DNA of 64,000 nucleotides, from contig CAVVXN010000005.1 in assembly GCA_963752285.1 (NCBI GenBank), forward strand, positions 1,632,001 to 1,696,000, given 5' to 3'. Below are positions 40,054-50,703 of this stretch, in pieces. Each line of letters starts with the position of its first letter. Position 1 is the first letter of the stretch. The DNA is from an uncultured Planctomycetota bacterium. GTDB lineage: Bacteria; Planctomycetota; PLA2; JAEUHO01. Under the pieces are notes generated by a model. That model had not been told where the DNA came from. It searched no databases and was given only the letters and a program-made list of their open reading frames with translations. A program made the translations under genes and the position numbers.

Positions 40054-41208
40054 TCAGCGCGCGGCGCGCCGCGGCGGTGCGGTCGGGGGCGCGGCGCCTT
40101 CGCGGGCTTCGGCGGAGAGGAGCTCCAACGCGCGCCTGTTCGCGCGGGGGAACGCGTAGCCGTCCAGGTCCGAGAGGCGGACGAAACGCGGCGACTCGCA
40201 CGCGAGCGGGCGCGGACGACCGCGGGCGCACGAGCAGTGGAAGAGGTGGAGCGTGATCTTCATGTGCGTGTAGGCGTGGTCGATCGCCACGAACCGGCGA
40301 CCGACCGCGACCTCGAGACCGGTCTCCTCGCGGACCTCGCGCGCGCAGGCCTCCTCGAGCGTCTCCCCCCGCTCCCGCTTCCCGCCGGGGAACTCCCAGA
40401 GCCCGCCGAGGAGACCTTCGCGGGGCCGGCGCGCGACGAGGAGCCGGTCGCCCCGCCACACGAGACCCGCCGCGATGTCGTGGTGCGGGACCGGCTTCCT
40501 CGCGGGCCTGTGGGGCAGCGCGGCTGCCCGGCCGCGAGCTCGGGCGCGGCACACGTCCGCGAGGGGACACACGTCGCAGCGCGGCGCCCTCGGCACGCAG
40601 ACCGTTGCGCCGAGGTCCATCACGGCCTGGTTCCAGTCGCCCGGCCGGGACGCGGGGAGGAAGGCATCCGCCGCGCGGCGCACGCGTTCTCTCGCCGCGG
40701 ATCGGGTCACGTCGCCGCCCTCGTCGAGGAGTCGCGCCACGACGCGGACCACGTTCCCGTCCACGACGGCCGCCGGGCACCCGAACGCGATGCTCGCCAC
40801 CGCGGCGGCCGTGTACGGCCCGAAACCCGGAAGGGCCACGAGGGCCTCGACCTCGCGCGGGAGGGTCGCCCCGTACCGCGCCACGAGCACCCGGGCCGCG
40901 CGGTAGAGGGACCGCGCCCTCGCGTAGTAGCCGAGCCCCTCCCACGCCTTCAGGACCTGGTCCTCGCGGGCGCCCGCGAGGGACCGGACGTCGGGGAACT
41001 GCGCGAGGAACCGCGGCCAGCGGTCGAGGACCGTGGCCACGCGCGTCTGCTGGAGCATGGTCTCCGAGACCCAGATCTCGTAGGGGTCCCGGGTGCGGCG
41101 CCACGGGAGGTCCCGCGCCGCGCGGTCGTAGTGGGCGAGGAGACGGCGACGGACGCGCCGCACGAAGGACGCGTCCGGGCCCGACGACCCGGTGTCGCGG
41201 GCCCGCAC
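40054..41208 (-). CDS. mutY: A/G-specific adenine glycosylase with C-terminal NUDIX-like domain
   Basis: RDLPWR, WVSETMLQQT, WEGLGYYARAR, LPGFGPYTA, VDGNVVRV, CxxxxPRCxxCPLxxxC, GLWEFPGGK; start uncertain (41163-41265). Confidence 0.93.
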   Translation of the reverse strand: MRARDTGSSGPDASFVRRVRRRLLAHYDRAARDLPWRRTRDPYEIWVSETMLQQTRVATVLDRWPRFLAQFPDVRSLAGAREDQVLKAWEGLGYYARARSLYRAARVLVARYGATLPREVEALVALPGFGPYTAAAVASIAFGCPAAVVDGNVVRVVARLLDEGGDVTRSAARERVRRAADAFLPASRPGDWNQAVMDLGATVCVPRAPRCDVCPLADVCRARARGRAAALPHRPARKPVPHHDIAAGLVWRGDRLLVARRPREGLLGGLWEFPGGKRERGETLEEACAREVREETGLEVAVGRRFVAIDHAYTHMKITLHLFHCSCARGRPRPLACESPRFVRLSDLDGYAFPRANRRALELLSAEAREGAAPPTAPPRRAAR

Positions 41209-41285
41209 GCGGGAAGGGCCGTCTCGGCGTCCGCCTCTGGCGGACGCCCGGGAACGATCGGTCACGGGTCGCGCCGACGGCGCGA

Positions 41286-41819
41286 CTAGGGAGCCGCTCA
41301 GGTCCCGCCGACGCAGGGCTCGGGCGCGGCTCTCGGCGCGCCCGCCCCGGCGAAGAGGCCCTTCATCGACCCGCGCGACGCCGCGGGGCGCGGCGTGGCG
41401 ACGGCCTCGCGCGGCGGCATGACCGGCGCGGCGACGGCGGGCTGAACCCGCGCGGTGCGGCTGACCGGCACCACCGGCGTCGGCCCGGCCAGGTCGCGGC
41501 GTACCAGCGGGACCGCGCGATGCCCGCGCATCAGCTCCATCGAGGGCGGCGCCGGCGTCGGGGGCCGCGCGGTGGTCGTCGCGACCACGCGCGGCTCGAT
41601 CACGACCGGCCGCGCCACGGGTCCGGCATGCACCGGTCCGGAGATCACGGGGCTCGGGCTCACGGGCCTCGAGCTCACGGTGCGGCGGATCACGCGCGGC
41701 GGCGGCAGCGCGGCCCGGGAGGCCACGCTCGTCCGACGCTGCGACAGCCCGCCCGAGGCACAGCCGCCGAGGACCACGACGGCCCCCAGCGCGAACGCCA
41801 CGGTTCTCGGCATCCTCAT
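41286..41819 (-). CDS. Pro/Arg-rich lipoprotein paralog C; ends at TGA 41298, or reads through as Sec to TAG 41286
   Basis: GGAGG-rich RBS; lipobox VLGG|C; C-terminus EPCVGGT-TGA-AAP-TAG aligns with DPCAGGRCxVP of its paralogs. Confidence 0.8.
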
Positions 41820-42104
41820 CCTCCCCCTCCGGGGGTCCGGCCGGGGCGACGACCGTCGCCCCTCGGCGTCGGTCGAGCGGGCCTCCTGCCTCCCTCGGAA
41901 TCGGCTCGCACGGGCATGGAATCCACCGCGGGTCACCGGCAGTTCACGAGACGGGGGTCCCATTCGTCCCGGTTCGCTCCTCTGAACGCCCTCTTCACGA
42001 TCTCGAGGGCCAGGGTGTACGGCCTCGTCGGCCGCTCCTTCGACGCGCCGAGACAGCGCGGTCCTCCCTCGGGAGCCCCGGTTTTGGGCGTCCGTCCGCA
42101 CCGG

Positions 42105-42665
42105 TCAGGGGACCAGACACCGGCCGCCGGCACACGGGTCGGCCGCACAGGGGGAAGGCGCGGCCACCGGGGACGCCCGCGGCGACTCGAAGAGGCCGCG
42201 CAACTCCGAGAGCGAGCTCGTCCTCGCCGCGCCGAGCGACCTCGGGGCCCGGGGCGCGGGAGCGGCCCGAGCCGGAAGCGGCGAGGCGACGGAGAGCCGG
42301 AGCGGCGCGGGACGGCTGACGGGGACGACCGGCGTCGGGCTCGAGAGGGCCCGCCGCGCGATGGACGACGTGCCCGGTCTCGCGAGGATCTCCATCGACG
42401 CGGGCCGCGGCGGCCCCGGCGCGCGGACCACCGCCGGCTCGGGCGCTGCCAGGCGCCTTGTCTCGACGACGCGCGGCGCGACGAAGGCCGGCGTGACGGT
42501 CCGGGCCGCGGCGACGGAACGGACCGGGAGGCGATAGGACGCGCTCCGCACGACCGGAGGCGGGAGGGACGCGCGTGAACGCGGCACCCGGACGGGGGCG
42601 CCGGGGGCCGCGCAGGCACCCAGGAGCAAGAGCCCCCCCATCCCGAACGCCAGGATCTTCGACAT
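42105..42665 (-). CDS. Pro/Arg-rich lipoprotein paralog B
   Basis: AGGGAGGA RBS; MSKILAFGMGGLLLLGA|C...; ends PCAADPCAGGRCLVP. Confidence 0.8.
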   Translation of the reverse strand: MSKILAFGMGGLLLLGACAAPGAPVRVPRSRASLPPPVVRSASYRLPVRSVAAARTVTPAFVAPRVVETRRLAAPEPAVVRAPGPPRPASMEILARPGTSSIARRALSSPTPVVPVSRPAPLRLSVASPLPARAAPAPRAPRSLGAARTSSLSELRGLFESPRASPVAAPSPCAADPCAGGRCLVP

Positions 42666-43323
42666 CGTCGTCCTCCCTGTCGCGACGAGGGACGAGGGGG
42701 TCACGCGCGCCGGCCGGCGCCGGCGGACCCTCTCGTCTTGCCTCCCGTGGACCCGGGACTCCACGCGCTCGCGGAGCCCGCATCGCGGAGGGATCGCTCG
42801 TTCGGGCCCGGACCAAGGACCACGAAGACCGTCTCACCGGCGTCGGGCGCGGCCCCTCGGGGGTGCCGCGTCGGCGCGCCCCCACGGGCGACCAACCGCC
42901 CGCCCGTACGGGCGACCGGTCGATGGGCGCGCGCGAGTCGCGCGCCCGCCGTACGACGACGCATCGGTGTTCGGATGGCCCTGCTTCCCAACGAGCCCGG
43001 GAGGACGAGCACGCCTCGCCCACCACGAATCCCTACCCTGTCGGGCGACCACTCTAGCGGGTCCCTGGGCGCCCCCCAAGAGAGGATTCCTCGCCGCGCG
43101 TTCGGGCCCCCGTCGGACGTGCAGGGCGCGCCGATGGCTCTCCAGGCCCTGAAAACAGGGCGGGAAGGCGCCGGACCGAGCGGGCAAGGGAAAGGGGCCG
43201 CGGGATCTAAGTCCCATGGCGCCCACAGACCCGGGGCTCTCTACGGGGCCCGGAACGGGCCACGACGGGCGTACGAGCTGCCGGCCGGGCGGGGGCGAGC
43301 GGGGCTCGGGTCGAAACGGGCCC

Positions 43324-43698
43324 TCAGGGGACCCGGCAACGGCCGCCGGCGCAGGGGTCGCAGCCGTCGTCGGCCGTCTTCGGGCACGGGCGGAACAGGG
43401 TCCCGAGGCTCCCCGAGTGGACGGTCGCCGAGCGGCGGGCGGCCTGGGCCTCGGACGCGTCGGCCCCCGCACGCACGGCACGACGCGACACGAGCGTCGC
43501 GGCGGACGCCGGCTGCGCCTTCGACGCCGCGGTCGCCGCCACGTGCACGACGGCCGTGGTCGTGGTCGGCCGGGCGTCGCTCACGCGCGGCGCCTCGGGG
43601 CTGGTCACACCGGCGAGCACGCGCTCCCTCGCCAGCGGTCGCGACGCACACGCGGCGAAGAGAAGCGCGACGAGGGGAAGGAACATCGAGGTCTTCAT
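43324..43698 (-). CDS. Ala/Arg-rich lipoprotein paralog A
   Basis: GGAGGAG RBS; MKTSMFLPLVALLFAA|C...; ends GTLFRPCPKTADDGCDPCAGGRCRVP. Confidence 0.8.
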   Translation of the reverse strand: MKTSMFLPLVALLFAACASRPLARERVLAGVTSPEAPRVSDARPTTTTAVVHVAATAASKAQPASAATLVSRRAVRAGADASEAQAARRSATVHSGSLGTLFRPCPKTADDGCDPCAGGRCRVP

Positions 43699-43926
43699 CG
43701 TCTCCTCCGGTCCCGGGGGGCCTCCACCCGGGGCGAGCGCGGGCATGCGCACCCGCTCTTCCGTATTCATGGCCCGCGAAAGCGCGTGTGGCATGGCTTT
43801 CGTGGGCGTCCTGAATGCAGAGGGAACGTGTAAGGAGAAACCTCTTCACGCGCCCCGAGCGCGGTCTTCATGGACCCTGGTACCGTCTCCGCGGACCCGG
43901 CGGTCGGGACCAGCGCGAGGAACGAG

Positions 43927-45393
43927 ATGCCCCGTAGGAACAGGCCGGGACCGGGTGGCGATGCCGCGGCGTCGCGCGCGTCGCGCCCCGTGGCCGGAGC
44001 GGCGCTGCTGGGGCTCCTCGCCGCGTTCCTCGGCGCGTCGGGGCTCGAGGCGGGCGAGTCGGACGGCGTCCGGTGGGAGCCGGACCTCGAGGCGGGGCTG
44101 CTCCGCGCCGCGAAGGAGGGCCGCCCCGTCCTCCTCGCCGTGAACGCGATCGAGACGGAGGCCGCCAACCAGCGTCTGGCGGGCGAGATCTACCCGTCGG
44201 CGGCGTGGGGCGACGCCACGCGCGACTGGGTCGCGTTCGTCGGGAACCCGAACGCGCACGGCGGCGCGGCGTGCTCGCGATACGGCGGCATCCCGTGCGC
44301 GACGCACCAGGCGGTGCTCCGCTACGTCGTGCGGCGCTTCGCGCCCGGCGGCGACCTGATCAGCCCGCAGCACCTCGTCCTCGACCCCGACGGGCGCCTC
44401 GCGTTCCGCAAGGAGTACTTCACGGGCGTGGTGGGCCCGGACTTCTTCGACCGGTGGCTCGCACGGCTCTGCCCCACCATCACGCTCGACCGGGCGGCGC
44501 GCCGGCGCCCCGACACGATCGACGCCCTCGGCGCCGCGCCCGTGGAGAAGGTGACGGACACGGCGCGGGCGTGGCTACGGAGCGGCGACCCTCTCGCGCC
44601 CGCCGGCGTGCTCGACGCGATGGACTACGCCATGGAGGAGCCGCGACGGGTCGCGCTCGCCCTGTCGTTCGACGCGACGCCGAAGGAGCTCCTCGCCGTG
44701 CCGTGGACGGCGGCGTACGACGCCGCCGTCGCGCCCGACGACGCGCCCGAACGGACGCTCGCGTTCGTGACCGCGTTCCTGCTCGCCGATCCGGGCACGG
44801 GCGCCGACCTCGCGGCGCGCGCCGCCGTGCTCACCCGGGACGCCTCCCTGTCGAGCCGGGTCCTCGCCGCGTGGGTCGGCGGGCCGGTACCGGCCTCCGG
44901 CGTCGTGCCGGGCCTGGACGACCGGGCGGCGGCCCGCCTCGCGGAAGTCCTGGCGCTCCTCGGTCGGCCGGACGGCGGGCGGGCGCCGGAGAGGCTCCCG
45001 CCGCCTCTCGCCGCGCGCCTCCAGCGCGCCCGGGAGAAGGCGGGGCGCGCCGCGACGCCCGCGCCGCCGCTCGCGCAGGTCCTCGCCGCGGACCCCGCGC
45101 CGGGCGCGCTCCGCCGGGCGGTCCTCGCCGCCGCGCCGGACGCGGTCCTCGCGTCCGAGGCCGAGGTCCGCGCGCTCCTCGACCGTCCGGAGGAGCGCGT
45201 GCGCGTGGCCGCCGCGCTCGCGCTCCTCTCGACACGGCGCCGGCTCGACGCCGCGGCCGAGGCCGTGCTCCTCGCCGCGGTCTTCGACCCCGTCGAGGGG
45301 CCCGACACGCGCGAGCTCGCCGCGCTGCGTCTCGGGACCGACCCGGGCCGCGACGAGGAGACATGGCGACGCGCGTTCGAGGCCCGCAGGTGA
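43927..45393 (+). CDS. secreted protein with an N-terminal thioredoxin-like fold and a helical-repeat C-terminus
   Basis: Signal-like hydrophobic stretch; VRWEPDLEAGLLRAAKEGRPVLLAV...CSRYGGIPCATH...PQHLVLDPDGR; start uncertain. Confidence 0.6.
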   Translation: MPRRNRPGPGGDAAASRASRPVAGAALLGLLAAFLGASGLEAGESDGVRWEPDLEAGLLRAAKEGRPVLLAVNAIETEAANQRLAGEIYPSAAWGDATRDWVAFVGNPNAHGGAACSRYGGIPCATHQAVLRYVVRRFAPGGDLISPQHLVLDPDGRLAFRKEYFTGVVGPDFFDRWLARLCPTITLDRAARRRPDTIDALGAAPVEKVTDTARAWLRSGDPLAPAGVLDAMDYAMEEPRRVALALSFDATPKELLAVPWTAAYDAAVAPDDAPERTLAFVTAFLLADPGTGADLAARAAVLTRDASLSSRVLAAWVGGPVPASGVVPGLDDRAAARLAEVLALLGRPDGGRAPERLPPPLAARLQRAREKAGRAATPAPPLAQVLAADPAPGALRRAVLAAAPDAVLASEAEVRALLDRPEERVRVAAALALLSTRRRLDAAAEAVLLAAVFDPVEGPDTRELAALRLGTDPGRDEETWRRAFEARR

Positions 45394-45398
45394 GCCCG

Positions 45399-46424
45399 AT
45401 GCGCCGCGGCCTCCTCCTCCTCGCCCCGCTCGTGCTCGCCGGGAGCCTCTACGGACGGATCTCGGGCGTCGCGCGCGGCAGCGACGAGCCCACGCTCGAG
45501 CACCTCCTCGGCGCGCTGCTCCGCGCGGACGACGACACGAAGGTCGAGGCCGCGCTCGACGCGATCGCGGCGCGCGTCGGAGCGCCGCAGGGCTTCCGCG
45601 ACCAGGGCGCGCTCGCGGACTGGCTCGGTCGGATCGCCCCCTCCGCGGCGAAGCAACCCCGGGTGCTCCTCCGGCGCGGGTACGCGTACGTCGCCGTCGG
45701 GCGCGGCCAGGACGCGATCGAACCCCTCACGGAGGCCGCCGCGACCGAACGGACGCGAACCGCGGCCACCGCGTACCTCGGCGAGGCCTACCGGCAGTCG
45801 GGGGACCCGGCGCGCGCGCTCGAGGTCCTGGCCGAGGCGGCCCGCCTCGGCTACGAGCCCTCACGCTTCCTCGACGAGGCCGCGCTGAAGGCCGCGTTCT
45901 CGATCCGACAGAACGAGGTGCGCCAGGCCGCGAAGGACCTGCCGCGGTACGCGGCGGCCTCCGCGGTCTATCTCGCGTCGCGCCCGTCGCCCGCGGTCGA
46001 GGCCGCCGTCGCCCGCTGGCTGCTCGACGACGCGGACGCGTACGCCCCGGTGGGCTCCGAGCGTGAGGCGAGGTGGTCCGCCTTCGCCGCGAAGGAGGCG
46101 GTGGCCGCCGTGCGCGCGGACCCGACGATCGCGGGCGGGCCCCGCCTCTGCTACGACGCCGCCCTCGGCCTCGCCGCCGAGGACGCACGGACGGGTGGTC
46201 GGACGCTCTACTTCGACTGCCTCGCCTGCGCCTACCGGCTGGGCCGGGGCCCGGACCGCGATACGCACGAGATCCCCCAGGCGATCGCGCTCCTGGCCGA
46301 GGCGGCGCTCCGCGAGGGCCGCTACAGGCTGGCGCTCCGGCTCGCGCGCGAGCGCCTCGCGGTCTCGGACAGCCCCCTGGCGCGGGAAGTCCTCCGGGAC
46401 CTGCCGCCCGACGTCGCGGACTGA
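45399..46424 (+). CDS. secreted TPR-repeat protein
   Basis: Signal peptide; LRRGYAYVAVGRGQDAIEPL, YLGEAYRQSGDPARALEVL. Confidence 0.7.
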   Translation: MRRGLLLLAPLVLAGSLYGRISGVARGSDEPTLEHLLGALLRADDDTKVEAALDAIAARVGAPQGFRDQGALADWLGRIAPSAAKQPRVLLRRGYAYVAVGRGQDAIEPLTEAAATERTRTAATAYLGEAYRQSGDPARALEVLAEAARLGYEPSRFLDEAALKAAFSIRQNEVRQAAKDLPRYAAASAVYLASRPSPAVEAAVARWLLDDADAYAPVGSEREARWSAFAAKEAVAAVRADPTIAGGPRLCYDAALGLAAEDARTGGRTLYFDCLACAYRLGRGPDRDTHEIPQAIALLAEAALREGRYRLALRLARERLAVSDSPLAREVLRDLPPDVAD

Positions 46425-46437
46425 CCGCGGGGGCGGC

Positions 46438-48756
46438 TCAGGACGGGACGCGCGCCGGGGCCCCCGCCTTCGGGGTCGCCTCGCGGGCGGCGCCCGCGCG
46501 CCCCCGCTCGCGCTGCGCGAGGGCCACGCAGGCGAGGTTCACGAGCGTATCCACGCTGGCGGACTGGTACGAGACCACCACGGGCTTTCGCATCCCGAGC
46601 AGGATCGGGCCCACGACCTCGCCGCCGGCGAGGTACTCGGCGAACTTGTACGAGATGTTCGCGGACGAGAGGTCCGGGCAGACGAGGACGTTCGCGTCGC
46701 CCTTGATGACGCTGTGCGGGAACAGGCGCTCCGCGACGTCGGGCGAGAGCGCGACGTCCACGTGCATCTCGCCGTCGATCACGAGGTCCGGACGCTCCTT
46801 TCGGACGATCCGGACCGCCTCCTCCGCCTTCGCCGCGTCGGGGTGCGGCACGCTGCCGAACGTGCTGAACGACAGGACCGCCACCCGGGGGTCGATGTCG
46901 AACGAGCGCGCCGTGTCGGCGGCGGTGATGGCGATGTCCGCGATCTCGCGCGCGGTCGGCTGGATGTTGATGGACGTGTCCGCCACGAGGATCGTGCGGC
47001 TCTTGAGCGCGATGAGGTGGAGGGCGGAGGCCTTGCAGCCGCCGGTCCCGATGATCTGCAGCGCGTCCCGGACCGCGTCGGGGTACGGCGTGTTCACGCC
47101 CGTCACCACGCAGTCCACGTCGTCCTGGTCGAGCAGCAGGAACGCGAAACGGCGCGGCCGCAGGACCTCGGTCTCCGCGATGCGGGCGTTCATGCCGCGC
47201 CGGCTGCGCAGCTCGTAGAGGCGGCGCGCGAAGGTGTCGCGGCGCTCGTCGAGCCTCGGGTCCACGATCTCCATGCCGGCGAGGTCGAGACCGTGCTTCT
47301 CGGCGGTGGCCTGGATCCGGAGCGTGTCGCCGACGAGGACGGGGGTGGCGATGCCCTCCTCCTTCAGGTGCAGGGCGGCACGCTGCGCGCGGACCGCCTC
47401 GCCCTCGGCGAACGCCACCCGCGCCCGGGCGCGGCGTGCGCGCTCGGTCACGCCGCCCATGATCTGCCGCGAGCCTCCGAGGTACTGGGCCAGCGAGCGC
47501 CGGTACGCGTCCGCGTCGAACGACGTGACGCGCGCGGCGCCCTCCGCGACCGCCGCGCCGGCGACGGCCGGCGAGACCCAGAGCAGGACGCGGTGGTCGA
47601 ACGGCTTCGGAATCAGGTACCGGGGGCCGAAGCGAAGGTCCTCGCCGCCATAGGCCTCCATCACGCTCTCCGGGACCTCCTCGCGCGCGAGCGCCGCGAG
47701 GGCCCGGGCGGCCGCGAGCTTCATGCCCTCGGTGATGGCGCGCGCGCCGACGTCGAGGGCGCCCCGGAAGATGAAGGGGAAGCCGAGGACGTTGTTGACC
47801 TGGTTCGGGTAGTCCGACCGGCCGGTGGCCATGATCACGTCGTCGCGCGCGGACACGGCGTCGGGATAGGTGATCTCGGGGTCCGGGTTCGCCATCGCGA
47901 AGACGATCGGACGCTCGGCCATCGAACGGACCATGTCCTTCGTGACGAGATCCGGGCCCGACAGGCCGAGGAACAGGTCCGCGCCGCGGATCGCTTCCGC
48001 GAGCGTGCGGTGCGGCGTATCGGCCGCAATCCGCTCCTTCTCGACGTTCATCCCCTCGCGGCGGCCCCTGTAGACCACGCCGCGGCTGTCGCAGAAGATC
48101 ACCTTCGCGCGGTCCGCGCCGAGGGCGACGAACATGTCGATGCACGCGATGCCGGACGCGCCCGCACCCGAGCAGACGATCTTCAGGTCCTCGAGCCGCT
48201 TGCCCGCCACCTCCACCGCGTTCAGGAGCGCCGCGCTCGAGATGATCGCGGTCCCGTGCTGGTCGTCGTGGAAGACGGGGATGTCGAGCTCGGCCCGGAG
48301 CCGGCGCTCCACGTGGAAGCACTCGGGCGCCTTGATGTCCTCGAGGTTGATGCCCCCGAAGGTCGGCGCGAGGCGCCGGATCGTGTCCACCAGGAGGTCG
48401 GGGTCCTTCTCGTCGATCTCGATGTCGAAGACGTCGATGCCGGCGAACTTCTTGAAGAGGACGCTCTTTCCCTCCATCACGGGCTTCCCTGCGAGCGGGC
48501 CGATGTTGCCGAGGCCGAGGACCGCCGTGCCGTTCGTGATGACGGCGACCAGGTTCCCGCGGTTCGTGTAGCGGTACGCGAGGTCGGGGTCCTTCTCGAT
48601 CGCCAGGCAGGGCACCGCGACGCCGGGGGTGTAGGCGAGCGAGAGGTGGTGCTGGGTCGAGAGGCTCTTGCTCGGGACGACCTCGATCTTCCCCGGCCGG
48701 GGAAACTCGTGATACTCGAGGACCTCGCGTTCGAAGGCGGGACGTTGCTCGGCCAT
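46438..48756 (-). CDS. maeB: NADP-dependent malic enzyme with phosphotransacetylase-like domain
   Basis: [56 protein letters not shown]-terminal PTA-like domain. Confidence 0.96.
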   Translation of the reverse strand: MAEQRPAFEREVLEYHEFPRPGKIEVVPSKSLSTQHHLSLAYTPGVAVPCLAIEKDPDLAYRYTNRGNLVAVITNGTAVLGLGNIGPLAGKPVMEGKSVLFKKFAGIDVFDIEIDEKDPDLLVDTIRRLAPTFGGINLEDIKAPECFHVERRLRAELDIPVFHDDQHGTAIISSAALLNAVEVAGKRLEDLKIVCSGAGASGIACIDMFVALGADRAKVIFCDSRGVVYRGRREGMNVEKERIAADTPHRTLAEAIRGADLFLGLSGPDLVTKDMVRSMAERPIVFAMANPDPEITYPDAVSARDDVIMATGRSDYPNQVNNVLGFPFIFRGALDVGARAITEGMKLAAARALAALAREEVPESVMEAYGGEDLRFGPRYLIPKPFDHRVLLWVSPAVAGAAVAEGAARVTSFDADAYRRSLAQYLGGSRQIMGGVTERARRARARVAFAEGEAVRAQRAALHLKEEGIATPVLVGDTLRIQATAEKHGLDLAGMEIVDPRLDERRDTFARRLYELRSRRGMNARIAETEVLRPRRFAFLLLDQDDVDCVVTGVNTPYPDAVRDALQIIGTGGCKASALHLIALKSRTILVADTSINIQPTAREIADIAITAADTARSFDIDPRVAVLSFSTFGSVPHPDAAKAEEAVRIVRKERPDLVIDGEMHVDVALSPDVAERLFPHSVIKGDANVLVCPDLSSANISYKFAEYLAGGEVVGPILLGMRKPVVVSYQSASVDTLVNLACVALAQRERGRAGAAREATPKAGAPARVPS

Positions 48757-48837
48757 GGTGGCGGCTCCCGAAGGGCTCGTGCGTACGCTACCCAGAGGCG
48801 GGAGGACCGCCCCCCCTCTCCCCACCGAGCGTCCGGG

Positions 48838-50703
48838 TCAGTGCCCTGGATCGACCGGGTCCAGGTCCGCTTCGACGTCGATCTCGTCGCTCCCGCGGCG
48901 GACCCTGAGCTTCAGGTGCTCTCCCTCCCAACGCCCGGTCAGCAGCTCCGCACCCGAGCGGGCGTCGGTGATCGGCCTTCCGTCCACGCCGACGATCACG
49001 TCCTGTGCACGAAGGCCCGCGTGCTCCGCCGCCGAGCCCGGCGTGACCTCGTCGATGGCGGGCGGCCCGTCGCCGGCCGCGAGGCGGATGCCGAGGCGCC
49101 CGCGCCGGAGCGAACGTCCCGCCTCGAGGCGCGGGAGGGCCGCCACGACGCTCGGCCAGGGAACGACGAAGCCGATCCCGGAGTTGCGCCCCTGTCGAAG
49201 CGGCATCCAGAGCTGGAGTACGCCGAGGACACGGCCCCGCACGTCCACGAGCGCGCCGCCGACGTTCGCGTCGGTCACCCCGGCGTCCGTCTGCCACTGG
49301 CCCCGCCACGCGCTCGGCACGTCGTCCGCGTGGACCTTCGAGAGGACGCCGAACGTGAGCAGCGGGTCGGGGAGACGGTCTTTTCCGAACGGATTTCCGA
49401 GCGCGAGCACGAAACGGCCGGGCTGGAAGGCGTCGGCGGGCGCGACGTCGGGGACGGAGAGACCGGGCGCGGTCCGCCCGCCGTCGTCCTTCCCGGCGAG
49501 GTCGGCCTGGAGGAGCGCGATCCCGAGGCGTCCGTCGTGCGCGACGAGCTTCGCTGGCACGTCGAGGCCCCCGCCGAGGTGCGCCGTCACCTTCGTGACG
49601 GCCCGCAGCCCCGACTCGACCTGCATCTCGGGCGGGAGCTCGGCGCCGGGCAGCACGAGTTCCGTCACGTTCGTCAGGTTGTAGAGGCTCGTGACGATGA
49701 ACCCGTCGCCGCTCACGAGCACGCCGCTCACGGGACCCTGCCAGCGGGCCGTGTCGGCGAGGCTCCGGTCGCCGGGGCTCTTCGTCGAGAGCGGCGTCGC
49801 GCGCGTGACCTCGAGGCTCACGACCCACGGATAGGCCTTCGCGGCCGCGCTCCGGAGCACGCGCTCGAGCTTGGCCGCGCCCGTCGCGCGCGCGGGCGTA
49901 GCCGCGACGGCCGTGAACGCGATCTTCGTCTCGGGCAGGTCCGAGTAGATCGCGCGGATGCGGTCGATGGGCAGGACCTTGCCCAGGAACTGGTACGGCT
50001 CGGTGGGCGTCGGCAGCATCCACGTGGAGACCGTCCCCACGAGTCGGCCCTCCACGTCCACCACCGGGCCGCCGTTGACGCCCGGGTTCACGGCCGCGCT
50101 CGTGTACACGTACTCGAGGCGGCCGCCGCCGTCGCCCGGCGGGAGGTACGTCAGGGCCGAGACGATGCCCGCGGTCAGCGCGGGCGGGGTCTCCTCGGAC
50201 AGACCGAACGCGTTCCCCGTAACGAAGAGGAAGTCGCCGACCTTCAGGTGGTCGCTCCCCGCCGGCGGCAGCGCGAACGGGAACCCCCCGGGCGGCGGCT
50301 GGGTGACACGGAGGAGGCAGGTGTCCGAGCCCCGCTCGCGCCGCACGACGACCGCGGGGTACGAGCTGAACCCGCCCTTCTCCAGATCGGGCACGCGGAT
50401 CTCGACGTCCTCCGACAGGTGGTCGAGCCCGCGGCCCTTGGGCCCGAGCACCGCGCCGACGTCGCCGTCGGAGAGCACGAGCCCGGAACGGGAGACGATC
50501 ACCCCCGACGACGAGGAGGCGCGTTCACTCTCGACCCCGCGCGGGACGCAGATCACCGTGGCGGGCGTGACCTTCCCGATGGCTTCGCGGAACTCGCGCT
50601 CGACGTCGTCGAGGCTCCCCTTCGCGAAACCCCTCGCGGGAGCGAGGAGCACCACCGCGAGCACGGGCGTCCAGCGGAGGAGGGAGAGCCGGGGGCGGGT
50701 CAT
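48838..50703 (-). CDS. secreted tandem trypsin-like (S1C) double pseudo-protease + PDZ
   Basis: Two S1C-like domains lacking catalytic residues (LSDGDV / NPGVNGGP; VTSLYNL / DANVGGAL) and a C-terminal PDZ. Confidence 0.8.
   Translation of the reverse strand: MTRPRLSLLRWTPVLAVVLLAPARGFAKGSLDDVEREFREAIGKVTPATVICVPRGVESERASSSSGVIVSRSGLVLSDGDVGAVLGPKGRGLDHLSEDVEIRVPDLEKGGFSSYPAVVVRRERGSDTCLLRVTQPPPGGFPFALPPAGSDHLKVGDFLFVTGNAFGLSEETPPALTAGIVSALTYLPPGDGGGRLEYVYTSAAVNPGVNGGPVVDVEGRLVGTVSTWMLPTPTEPYQFLGKVLPIDRIRAIYSDLPETKIAFTAVAATPARATGAAKLERVLRSAAAKAYPWVVSLEVTRATPLSTKSPGDRSLADTARWQGPVSGVLVSGDGFIVTSLYNLTNVTELVLPGAELPPEMQVESGLRAVTKVTAHLGGGLDVPAKLVAHDGRLGIALLQADLAGKDDGGRTAPGLSVPDVAPADAFQPGRFVLALGNPFGKDRLPDPLLTFGVLSKVHADDVPSAWRGQWQTDAGVTDANVGGALVDVRGRVLGVLQLWMPLRQGRNSGIGFVVPWPSVVAALPRLEAGRSLRRGRLGIRLAAGDGPPAIDEVTPGSAAEHAGLRAQDVIVGVDGRPITDARSGAELLTGRWEGEHLKLRVRRGSDEIDVEADLDPVDPGH

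Noticed and set aside
43789..43803. Possible sigma54 promoter TGGCATGGCTTTCGT
   Set aside because: It lacks the conserved GC at -12
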